From the sequence record SRR2962707_1178: DNA of 64,000 bases; one strand, 5' to 3'. Position 1 is the stretch's first letter. The number at the start of each line of letters is the position of its first letter. Positions 32,829 to 41,558 of this stretch are shown one piece after another. The position numbers and the translations under genes were made by a program. Under the pieces are notes generated by a model. It saw only the letters and a program-made list of their open reading frames with translations, was not told where the DNA came from and searched no databases.

Positions 32829-33011
32829 ATGAAAACTGATTACAAATACGACAACCTAGGTAACTTAGACACTGATTACTACGTAGAAAAAGCCTACGAA
32901 ATGCGCCGTGTTTACCTTTCTCTAGCGTTCAAAAAAGTGGTTTCTGGCATTAAAAAAGTAATTGTTAGCTTGATCCCTAATCGTTCAGTTCAAGGCCACA
33001 CAGCACACTAA
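32829..33011 (+). CDS. Small protein, RSP_7527-like family
   Basis: Strong RBS AGGAG; G.LDTDYYVEKAYEMRR.Y motif followed by an amphipathic tail. Confidence 0.7.
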   Translation: MKTDYKYDNLGNLDTDYYVEKAYEMRRVYLSLAFKKVVSGIKKVIVSLIPNRSVQGHTAH

Positions 33012-33272
33012 TCATTCGCGTCACCGACTAGTCGATTGCCGTTGTTATCAACAACCGTAATGAAGACTAAACGACCCACGTTCCCGATCGTAAGGTAAGA
33101 ATAAAAATACCGATCTGGTTACGGGTTCAACCCCCCTCTTAGTACAACTCTTTTCCTACCCTATTTCTCGCTCTGCTTTTCAAAAACAACACACCCTATT
33201 TTAATGCGTTATTACCCCGTTCTGTGACAGCCTATGGCGCTCACTGTGTTCCACCGACTCGTGCCCGACAGA

Positions 33273-33301
33273 CCGTCATCAAACGGTCATAAATACGACA
33301 T
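33273..33301 (+). promoter_or_regulatory. Pho box (three 11-bp-periodic repeats)
   Basis: CCGTCAT-CAAA-CGGTCAT-AAAT-ACGACAT vs PhoB consensus CTGTCAT-N4. Confidence 0.72.
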
Positions 33302-33344
33302 AAACTGATGTGCATCAACAAGCTGATGAAGTGTTAAGACGACG

Positions 33345-35120
33345 ATGAGCACGAACGAGAACAAAATTTTACTGGATAAGATTTTAAATGACGGCTTAAT
33401 TACGCCGCTTTTTCAGCCCATCTATGATTTATCATCTGGTGCAATTTACGGCAATGAAGCGCTCTCTCGAGGCCCTGAAAACACGCCTTTGTTCACCCCT
33501 GATGCTCTGTTTACCTTGGCCACTGAAGAGCATCGACTGCACGAACTTGAGCTGCTTTGTCGCGAGCGTGCACTGACTCGTTTTGCCAAACTGGCGCTGC
33601 CAGGACGCTTATTTCTGAACGTGAGCGCGTCTCTATTAAGCTCGCCTTACCATCAAAAAGGCATGACGCTCAATATTCTTAATGACCTTGGTCTCAACCA
33701 AAAAGACATCATTATTGAGCTCTCTGAACAGCATCCTTACGACCATAATGGATTGTCGAGAACCAGTGTCGAGCATTATCGAAAAATGGGCTTCCAAGTC
33801 GCCATTGACGATCTTGGTGTGGGGTATTCAGGCCTTAGATTATGGTCAGAATTACAGCCTGACATTGTCAAAATCGACAAGCATTTCATTCATGACATTG
33901 ATAAAGACGAAATCAAGCGTGAGTTTGTTCGCTCCATCATTACCATTGCCCAACGCTTAGATTGCAAATTGATTGCCGAAGGCATAGAAACTCAGCAGGA
34001 GTTGGACCAGCTCATCGAAATGGGGGTCACATTCGGCCAAGGTTTCTTTCTCGCTCGACCGGTAGAAAAACCCTCATCACAACCTAACACGTATTTGGAA
34101 AAACACGCCCAACGTCGTGCTGCCTTCAACATTGATCATGCAGAAACAGTACAAACCTTATCAAGAGCCACGCCTAACGTTTATGCCGACAGCCCTTTAA
34201 ACAGCGTGTCTCTGCTTTTTACCGAGCACCCTGACGTGTTCGCTATTCCGGTTCTAAACAAGGCAGATGAGCCCATCGGAGTTGTCCGACGCTATCAGTT
34301 GCATGAGTTATTTTCGACCACCTATGGCCGCGCTTTATACGAATACAAACCTGCCATCACCTTACTTAGTGAAGATGTGCTGATTGTTGAAAGCGGCGTT
34401 AGTCTGGCGACTGTGTCTGAGCTAGTCACCAACCAAGAAGCCAATACACTCAACAACGAAATCATCATTGTTCGAGACGGTAAATTTATTGGTACAGGGC
34501 ATTTACGCGATCTGCTCAAGCGCATTACCGAACTCAAAATACAAAATGCGACCTACTCGAACCCGCTCACCTTGTTGCCTGGGAATGTACCAATCCACAA
34601 AGAAGTCAGCTTGCGTTTAAAAGCCAAAGAAGACTTCTATGTGGCCTATTTCGATCTCAATGATTTCAAACCTTTTAACGACTACTTTGGTTACTCCAAA
34701 GGGGACGCTATTATTCAATTGGTCGGCAACCTTATTAAAGATGAAGTGAGTCCTGATGGTAACTTTATCGGCCATATCGGCGGCGATGATTTTGTCGCTA
34801 TTTTTCGCTCGCCAAATTGGGAACAGCAATGTCGCGCTATCTTGGCTAGGTTTGCTCAAGAAGTTCGTCATTTCTACACACAAGAAACTCTCCAAGAAGG
34901 CGGTGTTTGGACGCAAAGCCGACAAGGCGAGACGGTATTCCACCCCATTTTAAGCCTCGCTATTGGGGTGGTGAACCCAAACCCTGATGAATGTGACAAC
35001 CACCATCTCGTCGCCGAGCTAGCGGCGCAAGCCAAGAAATCCGCAAAGCAAAAAGGCGGCAATTACCTTTACCTTCAGCCTTATCAAAATACCTATTTCA
35101 CCCCCAGTATCGCTATGTGA
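33345..35120 (+). CDS. EAL-CBS-GGDEF c-di-GMP phosphodiesterase/cyclase (RapA-like architecture)
   Basis: EALSRGP, IELSE, AIDDLGVGYSGL, KID, AEGIE; CBS pair; NPLTLLPGN, FKPFNDYFG, GHIGGDDF. Confidence 0.9.
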   Translation: MSTNENKILLDKILNDGLITPLFQPIYDLSSGAIYGNEALSRGPENTPLFTPDALFTLATEEHRLHELELLCRERALTRFAKLALPGRLFLNVSASLLSSPYHQKGMTLNILNDLGLNQKDIIIELSEQHPYDHNGLSRTSVEHYRKMGFQVAIDDLGVGYSGLRLWSELQPDIVKIDKHFIHDIDKDEIKREFVRSIITIAQRLDCKLIAEGIETQQELDQLIEMGVTFGQGFFLARPVEKPSSQPNTYLEKHAQRRAAFNIDHAETVQTLSRATPNVYADSPLNSVSLLFTEHPDVFAIPVLNKADEPIGVVRRYQLHELFSTTYGRALYEYKPAITLLSEDVLIVESGVSLATVSELVTNQEANTLNNEIIIVRDGKFIGTGHLRDLLKRITELKIQNATYSNPLTLLPGNVPIHKEVSLRLKAKEDFYVAYFDLNDFKPFNDYFGYSKGDAIIQLVGNLIKDEVSPDGNFIGHIGGDDFVAIFRSPNWEQQCRAILARFAQEVRHFYTQETLQEGGVWTQSRQGETVFHPILSLAIGVVNPNPDECDNHHLVAELAAQAKKSAKQKGGNYLYLQPYQNTYFTPSIAM

Positions 35121-35125
35121 CAGAA

Positions 35126-35154
35126 CCGTCATCTCACGCTCATATATTTGTCAT
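35126..35154 (+). promoter_or_regulatory. Pho box (three 11-bp-periodic repeats)
   Basis: CCGTCAT-CTCA-CGCTCAT-ATAT-TTGTCAT; TATCTT follows at 35165. Confidence 0.72.
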
Positions 35155-35198
35155 GAAGCCAGCTTATCTTAGAAGAACATGGCGCTCAGGAGACTTTT

Positions 35199-36002
35199 AT
35201 GCAAACGACGTTTCGATCGGTTTTCATCTCAGATGTTCACTTAGGTACTAAGGCTTGCCAAGCAAACCACTTGTTGGATTTTCTGCAGAAAATCTCCACA
35301 CAAACCTTGTACTTAGTCGGAGACATCATCGACTTACAAGAAATGAAGAGTCGTGCCAATTTTATTGATACGCACACTCAGATCGTTGAACAGATCCTCA
35401 GCATGGCGCGCTCAGGCACCAAGGTGATTTATATTCCAGGCAATCACGACGCCTTCTTTAGACAGTTTGCGGGACAAACCTTATCCGGCATCGACATTCG
35501 CCTAAACGCCAAACACATCACGGCAGATGGCCGAACCTTCCATGTCAGTCACGGCGATGAGTTTGATCAGATGATCAAAATCAGCCCGCTGATGTTAGCC
35601 ATTGGCGACCGAGCACACGGCCTGATGCTCTCGCTTAACCAATGGATTAATGGCATGCGTCGTTTAATCGGTTTGCCTTATTGGTCGCTGGCCGGATACT
35701 TGAAAACCCATATCAATAAAGCCAAAGAGTTTATTGAGCGCTTTGAGACAGCGGCCCTAAAATCTGCCAAAAACCACCATCTTGATGGTTATATCTGCGG
35801 CCATATTCACTACGCCTCTTTTCGTCTTAAAGACGCGACCCTCTATTGTAACGACGGCGACTGGGTAGAGCATTGCACCGCGCTCACGGAATCAGCCAGC
35901 GGTCAGCTTAACTTGATTCACTGGTCTGAAAATCCCAAGCACCTGGCGTCCGAACCGACGGATGAGGAATGGGCATTTAATCCAAGCCCTTCTCGTAGCT
36001 AG
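35199..36002 (+). CDS. Metallophosphoesterase, UDP-2,3-diacylglucosamine diphosphatase-like / PlcP phospholipase C-like
   Basis: FISDVHLG, LVGDIID, PGNHD, HGDEFD, YWSLA.YLK, CGHIH, YCNDGDWVEHCTAL.E. Confidence 0.85.
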   Translation: MQTTFRSVFISDVHLGTKACQANHLLDFLQKISTQTLYLVGDIIDLQEMKSRANFIDTHTQIVEQILSMARSGTKVIYIPGNHDAFFRQFAGQTLSGIDIRLNAKHITADGRTFHVSHGDEFDQMIKISPLMLAIGDRAHGLMLSLNQWINGMRRLIGLPYWSLAGYLKTHINKAKEFIERFETAALKSAKNHHLDGYICGHIHYASFRLKDATLYCNDGDWVEHCTALTESASGQLNLIHWSENPKHLASEPTDEEWAFNPSPSRS

Positions 36003-36101
36003 AGAACAATAACTGAAGAAGTAAGCACATTAGCCTGATAACCGCACAAAAATAGGAGCAAGAAATCAAAAAGCAAGGAAGCAGAATAGATAGCATTGCA
36101 A

Positions 36102-36120
36102 TTAAATAGCGCACTATCTA
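36102..36120. promoter_or_regulatory. OhrR operator (putative) upstream of ohrR
   Basis: TTAAATAGCGCACTATCTA, near-identical to the palindrome upstream of ohr. Confidence 0.65.
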
Positions 36121-36156
36121 TTATCTACGAATCCAGAGTTTAGAGGTAAGTCCGCC

Positions 36157-36591
36157 ATGACAGGCGTTCCAAAATTGAACGAGCTTTTGTGTTTCTCCTT
36201 GTACTCAACGTCGTTGGCGATGAACAAGTTATACCGGAAACTACTCAAGCCCTTAGGCATCACTTACCCACAATACCTGGTTTTAATTGTACTTTGGCAA
36301 CATAGATCCTGCTCCGTTTCTACCATTGGAGAACAGCTCTATCTGGACTCAGCCACCTTAACGCCATTACTGAAAAGAATGGAAACAGCTGGCTTAGTCA
36401 CAAGGCACCGTGCGAAGGATGATGAACGTCATGTCATCATTGAGTTAACTCAGCAAGGGGAAGCTTTAGAAGCCAAAGTAGAAGGCATTATTCAACAAGC
36501 GGTCTGTGCTTCAGACCTTTCGTTGGATGAGCTGGCGAAGACCAAAACAGCCATAGAAGCACTGCGACAGAACTTACTCACCCACTCTTAA
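36157..36591 (+). CDS. ohrR: Organic hydroperoxide resistance regulator (MarR family)
   Basis: LCFSLY redox cysteine, LGITYPQYLVL, LDSATLTPLLKRME; second Cys near the C-terminus. Confidence 0.92.
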   Translation: MTGVPKLNELLCFSLYSTSLAMNKLYRKLLKPLGITYPQYLVLIVLWQHRSCSVSTIGEQLYLDSATLTPLLKRMETAGLVTRHRAKDDERHVIIELTQQGEALEAKVEGIIQQAVCASDLSLDELAKTKTAIEALRQNLLTHS

Positions 36592-36642
36592 TGGTATAGC
36601 CGTTAACTGTGCTGATGTGATTAAGTTCTTATTTTTTGACTA

Positions 36643-36662
36643 TTATATAGCGCGCTATTTAA
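36643..36662. promoter_or_regulatory. OhrR operator (putative) upstream of ohr
   Basis: TTATATAGCGCGCTATTTAA palindrome next to TTGACT (-35-like). Confidence 0.7.
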
Positions 36663-36698
36663 TAGTAGGCAATATAAATCCAAGATTAGGAGACAGCA

Positions 36699-37130
36699 AT
36701 GACAGCATTAAATGATGTTCTTTATACCGCTCGAGCAAAATCAACCGGTGGTCGTACTGGTGAATCTCACTCTGATGATGGCGCATTACAGGTCACCCTA
36801 AGCACACCAAAAGCGTTAGGCGGTGCTGGTGGTAATGGCACCAACCCTGAGCAGCTTTTTGCCGCAGGGTATTCAGCCTGTTTTATTGGCGCGTTACAAC
36901 TGGTTGCTTCGCAACAAAAAGTCACGCTGCCTGCAGACACCAACATTGACGCGTCTGTCAGCATTGGGCCCATTGAGCACGGTTTTGGTATCGCAGCGGA
37001 CCTAGTTATCAACGTACCAGGGCTAGACAAAGCCGTGGCGGAAAAACTGGTCGACGATGCACACCAAGTTTGCCCTTACTCAAACGCCACGCGCAACAAC
37101 ATTGAAGTCACTCTTAGCGTTAACGTTTAA
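36699..37130 (+). CDS. ohr: Organic hydroperoxide resistance protein
   Basis: [33 protein letters not shown]. Confidence 0.96.
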   Translation: MTALNDVLYTARAKSTGGRTGESHSDDGALQVTLSTPKALGGAGGNGTNPEQLFAAGYSACFIGALQLVASQQKVTLPADTNIDASVSIGPIEHGFGIAADLVINVPGLDKAVAEKLVDDAHQVCPYSNATRNNIEVTLSVNV

Positions 37131-37797
37131 GCGTTTGCTTTGATCCCAAGATGACATGACCGCCGCCCATTTGGAGCAAGTCATGTAAGCGACAACCTTT
37201 GCCTTGATAAGCGACTTGCGCAAGTAATAACTCCGCCGTCGCCAAGGCATCGGTTAACGCATCATGCCCTTGGTATTCCGGTAGCCCATAACGCATTCGA
37301 CAAGGCGCTAAACGAAAGCCTCCTTCTTGTATTGGTTGACTGCTGCGTGCTGCCTTTGTTCTTTCTATCGCCAGCGTATCCAACCAACTTATGGACAACG
37401 AAGGCTGCTTCAGTTGGCGCCACCACCTCTTTAAGAAACCAAGTTCTAACGGTGAATGGTGCATCACTAAGACCTTGTCACGTAACAGCAAACGCAGATA
37501 ACGGATCACGCTTTCTTCACGACGACCACGGTCTTCTAGGTCGCCATCTGTGATCAAATGAATGCCCACACTGGCGTCCACTTGTGCGCCATCTAACAAG
37601 AGATGCTGCGCCGAATCCAACTGAATCTGACCCTGTTTGATCAACACCCATCCAATACTAACAATGTGATCTCGCTTGGCATCCAGCCCACTGGTTTCAA
37701 TGTCTAATACCAAATATTCCCACTCTTGCCATGGCCGTTTTTCGCTCAACTTATCGCGCCGCCACCTTTTATACCTTGTTATCAAACAGCCAAGCAC
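37120..37797 (-). CDS. DEDDh 3'-5' exonuclease-family protein
   Basis: [27 protein letters not shown] start overlaps the upstream TAG (TAGTG). Confidence 0.88.
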   Translation of the reverse strand: MLGCLITRYKRWRRDKLSEKRPWQEWEYLVLDIETSGLDAKRDHIVSIGWVLIKQGQIQLDSAQHLLLDGAQVDASVGIHLITDGDLEDRGRREESVIRYLRLLLRDKVLVMHHSPLELGFLKRWWRQLKQPSLSISWLDTLAIERTKAARSSQPIQEGGFRLAPCRMRYGLPEYQGHDALTDALATAELLLAQVAYQGKGCRLHDLLQMGGGHVILGSKQTLKR

Positions 37798-39674
37798 TAA
37801 GCATATCCTCTCGCAAAACGCTGTAGAACAATCTCTTGAGCGTCTTTAATCGTGGCGAATGTCGCCTTCAAATGTTTGCGCTCTAAAGGGCTCAGCACAC
37901 TCGGATCGAGGTAAGCGCTGGCCTTACCAGATGACTGCCAGTGTCGGCGCTGAGCATCAAGGCGCAAGCCATTGAGTTCGTCCCAGGCGTCGATTAAGTT
38001 GCGGGCGGTGTCGGGAGTAATCAACTTCTCACGAATCGCTTGCTCTAACCGCTCAATCGTACCCACTCGATACGTGCGGCACGCCAACCCATATAAACGC
38101 GCAATATCATTGATCAGCGCCAAGCCCTGATGTTTCAGATCCAGCTGGTGTTTATGCTCACCAGAAGACTCTAATAAAAAATGACGGAAGAAACCCAGCG
38201 GCGGTTTTGAAGCGAGAGCACTGCGCGTTAAAGAAGCCAAAAACAGACTGTTCTTAGCGACGTCTTTTTGCACTTCGGTGATCAAGTTCGCCACCGATTC
38301 GTCATCCCCATACACACAACGAATATCAAAGAAAATACTCGCGTTCAGTAACGCGCTAGGGGCAGCGCTGGTTACCCAATTAGAAAATACCTGACGCCAC
38401 TGTGCCGCCGTCATCCGCCAGTCTGGATTGCTTGCCATAATGTTCCCAGGGCACAAGCGAATACCACATTCTCCCAAACCTTCGCAGACAAAGGAGGCCA
38501 AGGCCGCAAAGTACTCTTCTTCCGTTTGCGTTGGCGCTCTCGACAGCATCAAGCCATTGTCTTGGTCACTGCCTAATGACTGATCGCTTCGCGCTTGAGA
38601 ACCAAACACCAAGAACTGAAACGCCATCGGCGGCTCCCCGAGCGCCTTAATGGCTAATTCAATCAAGCGGCGGGTCAGATTGTCACTCACTGCGGCCAAT
38701 ACCTTGCCAATGTCCGCCGGTTTCATGTCCGTTAAAATCAGATTCACAATCAAAATAGGCCATTGCTTGCACACCCGTGCAAGGCTGTCGACACTGGCCT
38801 GCCGATGAATCTGGTTAATCAATAAAATGGGGCTCAACTCTTGGTGGCGCAATAAATCCGCCGCCGTCACCATACCGACCGGAAGGCCTTCGGCAGAAAC
38901 CACTGGCAAATGGTGAATATTGTGTTCGCTCATTAAGGTTTGCGCCTGCATCACCAGAGAGTCTGGTAATAAAGTCGCTGGCTCGCCGGTCATGACCTCA
39001 GCCAGCGATAAATCGGCCGTGATACCCAACGCCAGCACTCGAGAACGAAGATCCCGGTCTGTCACTATGCCAACTAGGCGTTGCTTCTTCTCTTTACCTT
39101 CAACAATAAGAATCGAGCTGACGCGCGCCTCGGTCATGCGCGCCGCCGCTACTTGCACGGTTTCTTCGGGAATCGCTTGAATAAGCTGGCGCGTCATCAC
39201 TTGTTCGATGGGCGTTGAGAGCTGCAACGCTGGCGTATTAATATCGCCTGATTGGGTGCGTAATAATTTGCGCGATCTATGGTGTCGAGTGTGTTTGAAA
39301 AACAGCGCAAAGGCGTCGCTTTGTGCAATCACGGTCAGAAAAGAGGCTTTATCAAACCGGTAAACGAGACTGTCTTCCATCGCCACGATTTCCAAACCGT
39401 CTGGGTTTTGAGCCAACACACTTGATACCCCAAAACACTCGCCATCGGCAATTTGATCAACCAGCGCGCCTTTGGGTGTCCGTATTTCACACGCCCCACG
39501 ACGGATCAGGTGCAAGGTAGCGGCCTCCCCTTCCAGCGTTAATGTCTGCCCTTGGCGCACATAAGAAATACTTATGCCGGTGAGCAGTGTCGTCACTTGC
39601 GCAGTAGAAAGATTAGAGAAAGGAGGAGTGCTTAAAATGAACTTTTGTACTTCTGAAACGTCGATGGCTGCCAT
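37797..39674 (-). CDS. cNMP-binding - CBS pair - GlnD/GlnE-like nucleotidyltransferase (DUF294) protein
   Basis: cNMP domain (GECFG), two CBS (GIVTDRDLR, HHLPVV), FGSQAR.DQ...SDQDNG, C.GNIMASNPDWR, IFFDIR, PPLGFFR.F, DLKH.G. Confidence 0.9.
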   Translation of the reverse strand: MAAIDVSEVQKFILSTPPFSNLSTAQVTTLLTGISISYVRQGQTLTLEGEAATLHLIRRGACEIRTPKGALVDQIADGECFGVSSVLAQNPDGLEIVAMEDSLVYRFDKASFLTVIAQSDAFALFFKHTRHHRSRKLLRTQSGDINTPALQLSTPIEQVMTRQLIQAIPEETVQVAAARMTEARVSSILIVEGKEKKQRLVGIVTDRDLRSRVLALGITADLSLAEVMTGEPATLLPDSLVMQAQTLMSEHNIHHLPVVSAEGLPVGMVTAADLLRHQELSPILLINQIHRQASVDSLARVCKQWPILIVNLILTDMKPADIGKVLAAVSDNLTRRLIELAIKALGEPPMAFQFLVFGSQARSDQSLGSDQDNGLMLSRAPTQTEEEYFAALASFVCEGLGECGIRLCPGNIMASNPDWRMTAAQWRQVFSNWVTSAAPSALLNASIFFDIRCVYGDDESVANLITEVQKDVAKNSLFLASLTRSALASKPPLGFFRHFLLESSGEHKHQLDLKHQGLALINDIARLYGLACRTYRVGTIERLEQAIREKLITPDTARNLIDAWDELNGLRLDAQRRHWQSSGKASAYLDPSVLSPLERKHLKATFATIKDAQEIVLQRFARGYA

Positions 39675-39741
39675 TGTTATTATGCTCTTAGTCTCGAGTT
39701 AACAACATAATGCGCCTTTTTCAGCGACAATCAAACGCCAT

Positions 39742-39757
39742 CTAGACTAATGTCTAG
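39742..39757. promoter_or_regulatory. Palindrome resembling the CrbR/ErdR (GAC-N4-GTC) site
   Basis: CTAGAC-TAAT-GTCTAG about 70 bp upstream of the DUF294 gene start. Confidence 0.6.
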
Positions 39758-39831
39758 GGAAGGAAGAGCAAAACTGGCACCTGCAAGAAGGCACCAGTAA
39801 AAGGATAATAAGCGCGTCACTGGCGCTTATC

Positions 39832-40614
39832 TCAATCGACGGTTACCTGATTGCGACCGAGGGATTTGGCGGCGTAAAGTGCATCATCCGCCCGAGTTAG
39901 TAAGGAGTCTATGGTGTCTCCTTGACGATGCTCGCTCAGGCCGATACTGACGCTTGTCGTCAATCGTTTACCATCAAAATCAAGCTCTAGCTCAGCGATG
40001 GCAAGACGCATTGCCTCCATCAATTGTTGCGCTTGCTGGCGACTTTTCCCTGGCAGCAATACCAAAAACTCTTCGCCGCCCCAACGCCCAATGTAGCCTT
40101 CTTGTGCGATGACAGCAGGCATGGCTTTGCCCAGTGCCACTAACACATCGTCGCCCACCTGGTGTCCGTATTCGTCGTTCACTAATTTAAAATGATCCAC
40201 GTCCACCATAGCAACACAATAGACTTTATCACGCTCGTCACGCTCGAATTCCGTAGATAAGCGTTTCATCATCATTCGACGATTTGGTAACTCGGTCAAA
40301 GGGTCAATCAGGGCCGTTTGTTCAAGCTCACTGTTCACTTGTTTTAACACGCGTTGGTAATGGTCGGAAATTCGAGTGATTTTTTCCAATTGACGCAAAT
40401 GCTTATCAAAGCGAGCGCTGAGGCTTTTTTCTCGCTTCATCATCATATCTTGGTATGAATCCGATAAACGGGTAATACGTTCGACTCGATTCCATTGGTT
40501 AAGATTCATTTCCCATAATCGACCTAAAGCATCACGGGCTGGGTGATCGTCGTATTCAGGGGTGTCCAGAATACGCTGAACTTCCTCTTCTAAGGCCGAA
40601 AAATCAATCTTCAT
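39832..40614 (-). CDS. siaD: Diguanylate cyclase SiaD
   Basis: R.ERITRLSD.YQ...RFDKHLRQLEKITRISD.YQ coiled coil; DPLTELPNRR; GRWGGEEF. Confidence 0.9.
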   Translation of the reverse strand: MKIDFSALEEEVQRILDTPEYDDHPARDALGRLWEMNLNQWNRVERITRLSDSYQDMMMKREKSLSARFDKHLRQLEKITRISDHYQRVLKQVNSELEQTALIDPLTELPNRRMMMKRLSTEFERDERDKVYCVAMVDVDHFKLVNDEYGHQVGDDVLVALGKAMPAVIAQEGYIGRWGGEEFLVLLPGKSRQQAQQLMEAMRLAIAELELDFDGKRLTTSVSIGLSEHRQGDTIDSLLTRADDALYAAKSLGRNQVTVD

Positions 40615-40988
40615 TACCCACCTATGATGTCAAAAGGAAAAGAACAGTCTTCTTTAAATTCTTCTGCGAGTTCAGCCACCCGCTCATTTTCTTCGTCGTA
40701 GAACCACTTTACCGACACCTGCCGATCCGCTTGATACATCTCTTCCATTTCATCAAAAATATCCATCATCACTTTGATGCTGCTGGTATTAAGATAAACC
40801 AAGGTCAATTCTAGGGTCAAAGGAGACGATGTTTCTTTCAAAAAGCGGCTAACCCAAGCCACCACATCGTTATACAGTTCATAGGAATTCTCAGGGTACG
40901 AATCGCCCTTCATGTAAAGAATACCATTTTCCCAATCCCCACGGATTTCAGGTGAAGACTGGGTACTGTTAATTAATAACTCATTCAT
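40614..40988 (-). CDS. siaC: SiaC phosphoprotein (DUF1987)
   Basis: GDSYPENS, YLNTSSIK (phospho-Thr motif), ELAEEFKED. Confidence 0.92.
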   Translation of the reverse strand: MNELLINSTQSSPEIRGDWENGILYMKGDSYPENSYELYNDVVAWVSRFLKETSSPLTLELTLVYLNTSSIKVMMDIFDEMEEMYQADRQVSVKWFYDEENERVAELAEEFKEDCSFPFDIIGG

Positions 40989-40996
40989 AGTGTGTC

Positions 40997-41533
40997 TCAG
41001 ATTTGTATACTTAAGCTGAAATAGGCAGTTTCATCGTCAATGGTCTTTAATGTCGCTTCCATTGGCTTGGTCGATTTTCGAGCCATGTCGATCAACCCTA
41101 ACCCTGCACCTGTGGTGGCTTTGGGATCTCGAGGCTGGCGTAGCTGAGTTTTATACGCTGCTTTTAACTCAACCTTATCCATTGTCGCAAATAACTCAAT
41201 GCGTTTTAACAGGGCTGCACCGTCGTTTATACGCACAATATTACCCGCTGCCACGCTATAGCAACCTTCGCTGTGACTCACGATCACAGTAGCGGTGTCC
41301 GCCCCTGCTAGCTGAGACTCGATGGCATAATGTCGAATGTTTTGCGTTAGTTCAATGTACGCGGCAAACACATCCATCGCGGACGCTGGCGGAAGCTGTT
41401 CAGATTGTAAATAGTTTTTCAGCGCATTGCCGATCTCTTCAATCAAACTTCGCGATATTGGTCCATTAAAGCACAGCAATATCTTATCTTTTTCAAAGCG
41501 CTCTCTTAAACCATAAAGGTCCGGTGTTGGCAT
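40997..41533 (-). CDS. siaB: SiaB family protein kinase
   Basis: LLCFNGPISRSLIEEIGNAL, ELTQNIRHY, GAGLGLIDMARKS. Confidence 0.92.
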   Translation of the reverse strand: MPTPDLYGLRERFEKDKILLCFNGPISRSLIEEIGNALKNYLQSEQLPPASAMDVFAAYIELTQNIRHYAIESQLAGADTATVIVSHSEGCYSVAAGNIVRINDGAALLKRIELFATMDKVELKAAYKTQLRQPRDPKATTGAGLGLIDMARKSTKPMEATLKTIDDETAYFSLSIQI

Positions 41534-41558
41534 AGCTTATTCCCCATGATCGACTGGG

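Noticed and set aside
35199..36002. Calling this gene lpxH
   Set aside because: The Pho box and the YWSLA/NDGDWVE motifs fit the PlcP-like subgroup better; the symbol is left blank pending phylogeny
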